NCBI GenBank assembly: GCA_013265495.1
Contig: MU058384.1
Location: forward strand, 805,622 to 869,621
From: Vicugna vicugna
Lineage: Eukaryota
DNA: 64,000 nt
Direction of reading: 5' to 3'
Shown: one piece after another, positions 13,000 through 24,859 of the stretch
How the letters are laid out: every line of letters begins with the position of its first letter
How positions within the stretch are numbered: position 1 is the stretch's first letter
Translations under genes and position numbers: made by a program
Notes under the pieces: generated by a model
The model's database searches: none
Told to the model about the DNA's origin: nothing
What the model saw: only the letters and a program-made list of their open reading frames with translations

Positions 13000-15337
13000 C
13001 TATGTAAATTTTTTTTCTCAATTTCAAGCCTTTATTATTTGTTTCTCTGATCTTACTGAACTAGTCAGGACCTTCACTAAAATGTTGATACAAGGTGGTA
13101 AGAGAGCATTCTCTTTGTTTTAAAGGCAACATATCTAATTTCAACATTAACAATGATGTGTAGGTTTTGGAAACAACCTTTATAAGGATAAAAATGTTTA
13201 TTAATCTAACAGTTTGTAACATGGGGCTGTGGAATTTTATCAGCTGTGTTTACTGCATATTTGATGTCATCTTGTTTTTTCTTCTTTAATTGGTAAATAT
13301 TGTTAGTTATATTTAAGAATTTTCTAAAATTAAACAATACTTAGACAAACCTGAGCATAATAATATACACACTTCCACTTTTTAAATTTTACAATTGCTG
13401 GATTTAGATGGCTAATATTTTGTTTATGATTTAGTGTAAATGTGCTTGAGTAATTCTGAGTTGTAATTTTCCATTCTTGGACTGTCCTTGAATGGTTTTG
13501 GTGTCTTCATAAAATGGTTTGGCGAGTATTTGCTAGAAAAGTTTGTGTAACTTGGCTGTGAGATTCCTTCAAAATTGTTGGAACTTATGTGTAAAACAGT
13601 TTTGACTTTTATGTTCTCTCTGGGAAAAAATGGAAAATTTAACTCAATTTTTCTACTTTTTCTTCAGTTTTAAGTTAGTTATAATTCCCAGGTTTTGTCC
13701 ATTAAACCTAAGTTTTCAAATTTATTGATATAAATTGCCTTATTAACTTTTTAATGCCTGTTGTATTTGTAATTTTACCCTCAGTTTAATTTATATTAGA
13801 ATTTATTAGCCTCTCCCTGCCCCACCCCACCCAATCTCACTCCTCTCTCTTTCAGAGCCTTTCCAAAGATTCCATGTTAGTGTTCTTTGTTAAAAACTTA
13901 CTTTTGGCTTTGTTGTCCTGTTCTTTTAAAAAATTTTATTATTTTTCATTTGTATCTGTAACTGCTTTCTTAAGTTTGCATTTTGGTCTTACTTGGTTCT
14001 TTTTAATTTAAAAAATTTTTTTTGGCAAACATAAGCATTTAACACTAGAAACACTTTTTTGAAGAAACACTTTGACTCAGTTCAGTTTTATGCATTGTGT
14101 TTTCATTAAAATTCAAAGTAAAATTTGGTTTTCATTGTGATTTCTTCACTTCATGGTTATTTATAATTGTGTTGCTAATTTTCACACATGTGGGGAATTT
14201 TTTATGTCCATTTTTATTGACATCTTACTTTTTTATTTGTTTCATTTACTGGTTTGTATGATTTCATAGATCAGGCTTCTATGACCATGTAGGCCTAAAA
14301 ACAAGGTTTATTTGCTAATTGCTGGTTGTTGGGTTCTATTTATTTCTACTGAATGAAGCTAACTCACCATGTTGTTCAGGTACACATATCTTTGGTAACT
14401 TTTGTCTTAAAACAATCGTAAATAAGAGAGCAGCATTGAAATCTCACAGAATATAATAGATCTTTGAAAATTTCCCTGTAATTCTATGAAGTATTGCTCA
14501 GTATAATTTGAGGCCATTTTATTATGAGATTACTAGTTTAGAGATGTTATACCTACTGATAAGCCAAAAATGTTGCCGTTATGTGGTACAAGCTCAGTTT
14601 TTCCACTTTCCTTTGATTAGAATTATCATAATATATCTATTTTCTTCATTTCACCTTCATGCTTTTGTTTTTAAGCCTCTATTAAATAGTATACAGATGG
14701 ATTTTAAAAATCTGACAATCTCTGGCTTTAAACTGATGAGCTTAAACAATTTGCCTTAATTTTAATGGTCAATTTATATTTTCTCTTACTTTGTTCTGTG
14801 TGGATCTTTTTTTTTTGCTCTTTTTTCTTCCTCTTCCACTGCCTCTTCAGAATTGATTTAGAGGAATTTTATTGCCATTTTTTTTCTCATTCAGAAATTT
14901 TGCAGTCTAATTTTAGTGTTACTTTTGAAAATTATAATGAATATTTAAAAATACAATTGTTATCTTACAGATCTTTCTTAGCAACCTGACGAACTTAGAA
15001 ATTTTTGACTCTAATTACTCCTCTACAAATTTACATAGTTTCATGTTCTGTATTGTAGTTCTGTCTTTTCTTTAACTCCATAATATTAGACATTAGTTTG
15101 GTTTTTATTTTATATGGTTTGTTTAAGTCTGCTTAAATATTTGCCAATGAATATTTTTCTTGTATTTCAGTACCCTCATCTAGGACAGTTTAGATTCTTT
15201 CAGTGAATAGTTGTTCTTGATAAATTCTTTCAATTGCTGTTTATCTCAAAATGTCCTTAATTTGCTTTTGTTCTTGAAAGATTTTTTTGTTAGCCAAAAG
15301 AGAATTCTAATGTCCTATAATGAAAAGAATATGAAAG

Positions 15338-15380
<43 letters not shown>

Positions 15381-16200
15381 AAAAAAAGAGAATTCTAGAT
15401 CAACTGTTACTTTCTCTCAGCATTTTAAGAAAAGTGTAATTACATCGGATGGTTCTATTGTTGATGTGAAGACTGCTGTCCGATGTCATTCCTTCATAAT
15501 TTATTTTTTTCTCTCTCATTGTTTTAAATATCTTCTTTTTGCTTTGGTGTACTCTCTCAACTAAAATGTAACTCAGTCTAAATGTTTTCCTGTTTGGTAT
15601 ACGTTTAGTTTTCCATATCTATAAGTGTATATCTGGAAAATTCTCAGAAATGAGCTCTTCAAATTTCACCTTTTTTCTCCTCACTCTATTTCTTCTTTTG
15701 TGGAGCTAATTAAACAAATAAGAAAAAGTTTAAGTTCACTTTATACATTTTTTTTTACCATCTTTCCTCTATTTTCTAGCTCACTGCTATCCTGTGTTCT
15801 GAATTTTCTTATACTCTAGCATTATTGCCACTTCAGCTGGGGCTAATTTGTCTTCACCTCAGTTTTTAAGGTTTTATTTTTATTTCAAAATTTGTATATT
15901 TTTATTTTATGATCTCTAGGTTATGTTTTAAATTTGCCTGGCCATTTGCTTAATAATATTCTTTTGCTTTGATTAAATACTTAATTAATTTATGTCATTT
16001 AACTTTTAATATATTAAACATAAAATCCATAGTTAGGTCACATCCCTAAACTGGTCACTTCATTTTCTATTGTTCTTGAGAGTCTAAATCTGTTTTGCTT
16101 GTTTGTTTCTGACAAACTTCATTCAAGATGGCTTATTTTCCTATATATTTAGGGATCTTTATTTATAAGCTTGTTTTTGAACTTTAGGAGACCTGGAGGT
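13000..16200 (-). mobile_element. Long, highly decayed L1M-type element
   Basis: Continuous T-rich antisense L1 ORF2-like sequence: 'ctagtcaggaccttcactaaaatgttgatacaaggtggtaagagagcattc', 'ttgctggatttagatggctaatattttgttta', 'ttgttcttgataaattctttcaattgctgtttatctcaaaatgtc'. Confidence 0.75.
15296..15397 (+). mobile_element. Mini L1 3'-UTR insertion containing (TA)19, with 14-bp TSD
   Basis: TSD aaaagagaattcta at 15296-15309 and 15384-15397. Insert 'cctataatgaaaagaatatgaa' matches the L1 3' UTR at about 5180. (TA)19 at 15339-15376. Confidence 0.85.
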
Positions 16201-19200
16201 CTAACTTGAAGCCGTTTCTTTATAGAGGGTGGCTGGGTTGGAGTTGGGAAATAGGTATAGAGTGTGTTACCAGTCTCCTTCAGAGTCTCAAGTTTACTGT
16301 GAAAATGGTTATCAAATCCTGTTCATCAGATTGATGCTGATATTGGCATTTGCTTTCAGAGCAACCAACAGATTGCTTTTGCTTGAAGAGCTCTGTTGGT
16401 GTCAATTTATAAGTTTTATTTGTTAGTTAAATGTATTATGCTTCATACATTTGTAAGTACCCTCTGGGTCACTAGTCTGCCATACTGTCAGGGCAAAAAC
16501 ACACACACGCATGCACATACAGAGAGAGATGAAATTAAACTACATCATGGTATTGGGAGATTTGCACCTTTTGTTCTTTTTCTTTGCATTGATCTGAGCC
16601 TCCAACCTTTTTCCCATCCCCACCAGGCACACACATACATACTTCATCTCCCAGGACATTGAATAGTCCCCACCCATATATTCAAATTTCTCTTACTACC
16701 TACTCTAGATTAGTTCCCACCCTTTTATGTTCTCGTAACTTGTCCTTCATAGCATGCAAAACTACTGTAATTAGATAAATTATATGAAAATAGGAGATTT
16801 TTGTCTCTTTAATATCATCATATCCTTAGTGAGCAGCTCAGTTCCCGTCCCCATAAATATTATTAAATGAACACATTACAGGAAGTGGATAAAGACATGT
16901 AACTTATAACAAGTAAGGATGGAGTTTCCATCAGTACCAAATTTGAGCTCATCAAAATTAGATGAATCTACTGAATTTGAAAATTCTTCTCACTGTTGAA
17001 TGTACAAAGCACACTTAAGTTCCAAAATGCCTTGAAAGCCAATGTTATTTAAAAATCTAATTTGGACTGGCTTAACAGCAATTGAAAGTGGGAATTCAGA
17101 TGTAAAAGGCCATATTCAGGCTATTCCGTAAAATATTCAAAAGGTCTATATCCTACTGCAAACATTCCTTGAATATATCTCCTGGCGAAATAGATACCTG
17201 ATTTGTAGAGATTTAATAAATAACAGACATAAATAGTTACTATAAATAATAACACTGATTATCCTGTGTAATCAAACCCTTCACCTGCTGAGCTATGCAG
17301 TGCATTTATGCAGATCAGCTGTAGGCCTTTCATCCATGAAATTATAGAATGTATAATGTGATGGGCCGTGATATGTTCAGTGTAATTGCTTATTTATAAA
17401 AAGAGCTATCAACAGCCCACTTTAAATAAATTCAGAAATCACCGTAGGGCATTTAGAAATGAATATTTTATATGACATGTTAAAAAGATTATGAGCATTT
17501 CTTTGAACAGTAAAATTAATGGCTGTTTGGCTGTTTAAACTCATCCACTGTAGATTCAGGATAATAGCATATAAACTGCAATTACTGTATTTGTGTTTTA
17601 ATTAGGAATAACCATCTACCTTTCTAGCAGTGCAAATCTTTTACCCAAAACATGAATAAAGGGAAAACAAATTAATAAGTGTTAAACTTCCTCACCAATC
17701 TTTCAAAAGTAAAGTATATTTCATAGTAACTATCAGTATCTCTATTTATCTAACTACATACCAACACATCTATAGTTTACCACAATAGTTTTAAGTAAAT
17801 CTATATATTTCCCATAAAAAAATTCAAACTTCTTGTACCTCAAACGTAACATTTTAAAATCTAGAGCTTTTAACCTAATCAGCACCACTGCATCTTTTGT
17901 GTCTTTAATCTTTAGTGTAAGTGAATTTTACAGGAGTCTGAGATGCATTATAAAGTTAGAATTAGCATTAGAGCCCCATAGTCCCGAAATCAAGGTGAGG
18001 AAAGGTCAAAAATAATGATCTTTGTCCAGAATTAGCTAAAGGATATTATACTGAATCTTTCACAATAGGCATTGTCATAGCAGAGAAGAAAGGGCACATT
18101 GAAAATCTATGAAATACTGGATTATTGGAATAAGTGTTCTTAGAAAATAATTCACCAGACATTCATTAAAAAGCTTCAGAGGGCCACAAAGTTATCTGCA
18201 TATTCCCTTTTATTCACTCAACAAAAGTTATTTTCTGTACATTCTTTTGTACTTGTTATTCTATGTTCACATTGGAAATCATTCAAATAACACCAAGTGC
18301 CTTTTTATATTTTTTAAGTTTTCTATTGATTTTAGTATCTAATCTTATACATAGAGACTGGGTTATCACTCTTAGCAGTAAACCAAGTGCTACGAAGCAT
18401 CTAAAAGACATAGAAAATAGTGTCTGAGTATCAATTTAGTCCTAAAACAATTTCTACATTTAGAGAATCTTTGGAAACTTTCTCTAAAAATTGTGGAACT
18501 CTTTTCTCTAAAAGCAAAGGATGTTACCTGAAGTATCAAGTTTATATTGTCAGAACAGACTAGGAAGAATAACTTGGAAAGAATGATCAAATTTGTACTA
18601 TTTAATATTATTGTAAAACTAATACTGGAGATAAAGGATGAAGATAAAGTGAATACCTCACAACACACAAAATTAATGTTAAGATATTGGCCATGGGATC
18701 TATTCACATGAGGTATGTAACTGATTTTTCATAAGAAATGCAACTGTTGACAGAGTTGCAGAGTGTACTGGGCTATGATAATTAAATTCATTTATCTAAG
18801 AATTCCATGAACAGTAGTGAGGATCAAGCCAACCAAAGTGAACTCACATGTAGAGACAAGGACTTCGGAAACACATGTAGGTAGTAGGTAGAGCTGCTGA
18901 GCAATAGTTTAAACTAATGTTCTTTAGATACCAGCCAACAGTGAAAGTCTCAAGTCCTTTGATTGTTTGAAGGCGTAAAGGACTTGCAAAACTCTGGAGA
19001 AACTGGGGAACAAATGCTTGGACACATCTGTTATCTTAATCTCCTCTGTCCATATTCACGTGCCATTCAGGGTTATTTGGTTAATTTGAGTTAGACTTTT
19101 GAACTAGAGCTATCCATAAGTGGGAAGGAAAGAAGGAAAAAGAGTCTCTTCCCCCCCAAATGGAATCCTTAGTATTTATTTCAATTTGACATCTTTTTCC

Positions 19201-19770
19201 TCCAATAATGAAATTCAAGTAGTAAAATATGCAGAAATGAGAATTTATTTCAAATCATTAAAAATAGATTGAAAAATCACAGTGATCTCATTACTTTCAT
19301 TTTCTCTATACACATTCTAAAAAACACTAAACACTTTCTCATTTTCAATCCATTAATTTATATAAACTGTAAAATTGATCTTATGATGTTACATTTTAAT
19401 ACTTAATTTGTTCTCAGATGTCAGAAAACTTTAGGAGTTAAGTAAAAGTAAGGAGACATATTAAAATGCAATGGTGATGCATTTATATTGAAAACATTTG
19501 GAACATGTTTCTCTGTATGTTTATATATTCATGAATTATCTTTGAGTTTAACTTCTGGCAAAATACTGATGCAAATGATAATATTAGATGTTTCCTACAG
19601 CAATGGCACCTAAGTATTTGAAAAGATTTTTTTATTTTAAAAATTTTCCATTTTTGCAGATTACCTTAATGATAAAATTCAGATAGGAAATTAATGAATG
19701 AATTTTTTAACATTGTTAGTCTTTTTGGGAAAACTGTATACTATCAAATTTGAAAATTTCCTAGGTTTTG

Positions 19771-21170
19771 GACCAAGATAGCAATGCGAGAGGCTCCTGA
19801 ATTTTTCTTCTCCTGTGAATCAGCCAAATATACAGCTATGCACAGAGAAATTCCCTCTGAGTGAAATCAAAAAAATGGATGAATGACTCTTACACATGAG
19901 CAACAGAAAATATAACCACATTGAAACAGATAGGAAAGACTGAGACACCTTCCCATCATAAACCTCACCCCTGGTACAGAACCACACAATCAGGAGGAAA
20001 CCCCCCAACTCCCAGCTTCTCCCTGAGAAGCAAAGGGTTAAAACCACCCGCATATATATTGCCCTAACTCTTAATGCTGCCTCCCAAGGGATGGGCCCCC
20101 AAAGCTCCCATTTCTGAAAGCCAGTGGGGCTTGTGTTCTTGTGTTCTACAGGACAATAGCAAACTAACAAAAATTTTTAAATGGGCACAGGAGCACCTCT
20201 CATGGCTATACACCCAGCCTCAGTGCAAGGAAATCAGGCGAAAATGCCGATCTCAACTACAAGGAGCCACTAAGACCAAAGATGATGGCTTGGCCAGTCA
20301 CAAAGATTTGAGAGGCAACAGGAGTTCTGGCCAGGCTCAATGACGAGGTTCATCTCACACATGAGGCCAGTTTGTCAGGACAGGGAGAGGTGGCTATTTT
20401 ATTTAATGTGCAGAATCCAATACTAAAAGTCAAGGAAGATGAAGAAACGGGAATATGTTTCAAAAAAAGAATAAGATAAACTTCTAATAGCCAATCTTAA
20501 TGAAATGGAGATAATTAATTTATCTGATAAGGTATTCAAAATAGTAACCATAGAGATGCTCACAGAGATCAGGAGAGCAATGCATAAGCAAATGAAGAAT
20601 TTCAACTAAGAGACAGAAAATATAAAAAAGTACCAAACAGAAATCTTGGAGCTGAAGAACACAATAACTCAAATGAAGAAGTCAGTAGAGGTGTTTAACA
20701 GTAGACTACATGGAAAAAGGATCAGTGGACTTAAAGACAAGGCAATGGGATTCACTCTATCCGAGGAGCAAAAAGGAAAAAGGAATTTTAAAAAGTGTGG
20801 AGATAGTTTAAGGGGCTTACAGGACACCATTGAACAGACCAATATGTACATTATAGATGTTTCAGAAGAAGAGAGAAAGGGGCTGAAAGCTTCTTCAATG
20901 AAATAGTGGCCAATAGGTACGTGAAAAGGTGCTCAACATCACTAATCAGAGAAATTCAAGCCAAAACCACAATGAGATAGAACCCTACACCTGTTAAGAT
21001 AGCTATTCTCAAAATGACAAGAGGTAACAAATGCTGAGAAGGATGTGGAGAAAAAGGAACCCTTGTGAACTACTGATGGGAATGTAAACTGCTGTAGCCA
21101 CTATGGAAAATAGTATGGAGGCTATTCAAGAAATTAAAAACAGTACTACCATACAATTCAGCATCTCCAA
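19771..21170 (+). mobile_element. Internally deleted L1 (5' UTR, ORF1 N-terminal part, ORF2 C-terminal part)
   Basis: 5' end 'gaccaagatagc' (degenerate YY1 site). ORF1p coiled-coil-like translation at 20646-20906 (ELKNTITQMKKSVEVFNSRL...DSLRGLQDTIEQTNMYII). Followed directly by ORF2 3' sequence 'gaaaaggtgctcaacatcactaatc...caaaaccacaatgagata'. Confidence 0.88.
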
Positions 21171-21559
21171 ATAAATTATTATTAACCCCTTCATTGCACT
21201 CAGGGGAAGGAAAAAAAAATAAAATAGATCTTCTTCCTTGGTGAAGGTGAATGAAAGCCAAAAGCCCAAACGACACTCCAAATGCTACTCAGAAAATGTC
21301 TCTTCTGAACTGGTACATAAGGGGAGTTCTTACAGTCAGTATAATGAATTCCCTTTAAAAATCTCTTTCAAACTTAAGATTTTTATAAATCAAATGATGT
21401 TTACTAATACTTTTAGAATTAATCAAAAAGTAAATAAATGTAAAATACACTTTTTTGCTATAAAAATAGAAACATAAATATAAAAATAGAATTAAAAAAT
21501 CAGCAATTATGCCATCTTACTACAATCACTATTTATGTACTATTTCTTGTAATTTCATA

Positions 21560-21960
21560 ATTTTCAAAACCATGATTTCAGTAGTTATATTTTACTCAAT
21601 TGACTGGTTACCCCATAACATAACTAAGTGATATTCTATTTACAAGGCATTTGATTGTTTCCAAAGTTTTATTATTAAAAGTGTATGCGTTCTTATAGAT
21701 TGTATGTATTAAAGACAATTCTTTAGGAAATATTCCCAGAAGTGAATCAGCATGTCAAAGGTTGTAAACAAATTTATCTTGATTCGTATAGCTAAAAAAC
21801 GTTCAAAAGGTTTGTGTCAATGTCACTCTTCATGAGCAGTGTATGAGACCATCAGTTTTGACATAGCCTAGGCAGCACAGAACATGATTTTTCTCATGTT
21901 AATTAATACATGAAAACTAGAATCTTATTTTGATTTTCGTAGTTTTTAAACCATAAAACA
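21560..21960 (-). mobile_element. L1ME-like fragment
   Basis: 'ggcatttgattgtttccaaagtttt', 'ttctttaggaaatattcccagaagtgaa', 'cactcttcatgagcagtgtatgaga'. Confidence 0.65.
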
Positions 21961-22224
21961 TAATGGGATTAAATATTTTATAAAACCTATGTGATTAAAC
22001 TATAAGTATAAAATATATTATATGGAAGATACAATCTTGCTTCTTTATTGAATACTTTAATTCTTCTTAGACTAAGTTTCCACTAGTAACATGGTAGAGA
22101 GAGGCATTTCTATACTTCTGAAATCATATGGAATGCTATAAAAGGAACACTCGGGTTGGGCTGTAATCATTTAGTGTCCATGGCCTTTCCTATTTAAGGT
22201 TTTAAATTTTACTTTTAGACTACT

Positions 22225-22701
22225 TATAGTAGGCTGAATACTTGCCACCCAAACATATCTGGTCTTAACACATGGAAGCTGTAGATATTACCTTAGAATG
22301 AAAAAGGAATCTTTGCAGCTGTGATTAAGTTAAAGATACTGACATAGGCAGATTATCCTGGATTATTCTGGTCTGCTTTAAATGCAGTCACAGCACCTCT
22401 ATAAAATAGAGGCAGAGACAAATTTGACACATAGAGGAAGAGAAGGTAATGTGACCAGGGAGACTGGCAAGATGCAACCACAAGTAAAGCAATGCTGACA
22501 GCCACCAGAACCTGGAAGAGGCAAGGAAACAATTTCCCTCAGAGCCTCCAGAGAGAGCACAGTCTGTCGACACCTTGATTTTGGCTCAGTGAAAAGGTTT
22601 TAGGCTTCTGGCTTCCAGAAATTGTGAGAGAATAATTTTGTTGTTGTTATAAACCACTAAGTTTGTAACATTTGTTAAAGTTGCCACAAGGAAATAATCC
22701 A
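22225..22701 (+). mobile_element. MLT1 MaLR solo LTR
   Basis: 'tagtaggctgaata', 'ctttgcagctgtgattaagttaaagat', 'cagccaccagaacctggaagaggcaaggaa...ctcagagcctccagagagagcac'. Confidence 0.88.
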
Positions 22702-23939
22702 CTGGTTAACTGTTAATCATAAACCTTTGGACAAATTTAGGTTGCTGTACCAGTCACTGCTTTAAAATTTGAATCCAGAAGATATTATATGCATTCCCTT
22801 AACACAGTTTCTCACGTTCACCTTTTGATAAAATGCTGAAATTAGTAATTCTTGTTCTAAAGCCCAAGGACAGCAAGGAAGACTTCAGCTCTCAAGTCAT
22901 ACATCAGCCAGGCAAGACAAACTCAAAATTGCTCACCTTGCCCTAATGGGAAAAAAAGCATATTCAATTTCCCAAAGCAATTTCAAAATGAAAAGAATAT
23001 ATAACACTTAAACATAGATGTGTGAACGCCCTCTTTTTGCATCTAAATCTGAAGGGATTTTGAAATTCCATGTCATGCCTTTAAAAATGTTTGTTTTATA
23101 AAAATATAAATTTGAGTTATAAATATTTATTTTATACAGTCTATGCATTGTTTTGTTCACATTTAACACATTTTATATAATCTATTAAAATCATTTTACC
23201 ATAAAAAAGAAAGTTGGATATATTTTTTTTCTCCTAGTAACTAGGATAGTTTCTAATGAGGACAAAGGTTTTCTATAAAAGGAAATGGCAACATCATAGT
23301 TTTCACAACTGACAAGACTGTATTTATTTGAATTTGTTTATATCCCCTATGATAAATGTCTGTTGCCGGATGCTCTAAAATATGTCATCAGCAAGGATTT
23401 GTAGAAAGAACACTACTTATAGTATTATTATACAAATCAAGTAGGCTAAAATGTAAGATCATTTTAAAAATTGTATCAGATTCTACAAAAATAATTATTT
23501 TATGATAAAACATCAATGTACTTGTATATCTGGGTGATCATCTATCAGTTATTATGTGAGACAATGACCGTATGGCACTTTGAATTAAGTAGCACATTAT
23601 AGCATATTTAAACATTTTTAAATGGACCTCTTTTTATTTGCGTGCTACTGCTGTGAGAAAATATCAAAGCATTCTATTCTCAAATAACTTTCTCATAATT
23701 GTGCTCATTAAATTGTAGTCTAAAATTTTACTTTTTAGCATGGTCATACATTAGCATTGATATAATAGAACTCAATATAATTTAAAATCTAACGAGAAAA
23801 TATTACTTAAATATATTTAAAATCTAACATAATAAATGAAATTATGTTATGTCAAAAGCGTTTCTTAATGAAATAGGGACATTTCATTTCCAGTTTTCTT
23901 GGATCTCATGTGATAATAGATCCTTACACAGCAATCATC

Positions 23940-24335
23940 ACTGGGTAAAAACTCTATTTACTCTTTCAAGAACGATCTTCCTCTAGGCCATACCATGGGG
24001 TAGTCTCACTTCTTCAGGTCTTGACATACCTGTCTCATTCCCAGTGAAGATCTACCTTGCCCTTACCTGAGTTAAATACTCCATTCCTGACCCCCACATC
24101 CTCCCCTATTGCTATATATTTTTTCTTCCTGGCCACCGAATAACATGCTCTGTATTTTACTTATCCATCTGCATTGAATGTTATCTGTATTCTTTTAATT
24201 GAATGAAATATCCCCAGAAGCAGCCTTTTTAAAAAATCTTATTCTTTGTTGTAACTACAATGGTGTTGGCACCCAAATAATTTTGAATGAATTAATTAAT
24301 CAATAAATGAATAAATGTATGTTTGAATAAGTAAA
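23940..24335 (+). mobile_element. L2 3' end
   Basis: Pyrimidine-rich body ending in the L2 tail 'aataattttgaatgaattaattaatcaataaatgaata'. Confidence 0.6.
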
Positions 24336-24859
24336 TGAAGAGAGTAGAAAGTTCCACATTTAATATTAATGTATTTCACTAATAAATGGTATCTCAGCTA
24401 TGCTCAGCTCAACAAAGAGTGATACAAAGACACGAGTTTTATAAGGATAAGGGTTATGAAAGATAGGAAAGATAAAGTAAATAGTAAATGGGTCTCCAAT
24501 GGGGTGCTTGAAATAATTCCTTTTCTTTATTTTCTTATATATGCTGAGTGACACAGATATCAGTTTTCTTCTAAAATAAAGAAATAACCAGAGATGTAAA
24601 TTATAATGAAAATATGATAAAATATAGTAGAAGTAAATATGGTTTTATAATTTTAAATAAAATATTTTAAGAAAACAAATATTTATATTTAAATCCTCTT
24701 TGGATTTCTAACAATATAAATACAAATAACCAAATCTATAAAAAATGGAGAGGAATCAACCTGAAGAAAATCCTGAAAATTTTTGTTTTGTGTGTGTGCC
24801 TTGTTATTCCAATTTTACTCTGTATTGGTGGGGAAGGTATATACTCTATTTCTTCCCAG

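Noticed and set aside
20646..20906. Coiled-coil ORF as a host gene
   Set aside because: It is a truncated L1 ORF1p remnant.
9434..22701. Two same-orientation MLT1 LTRs as the ends of one provirus
   Set aside because: The intervening 12 kb is L2, L1 and unique DNA with no MaLR internal sequence. They are independent solo LTRs.
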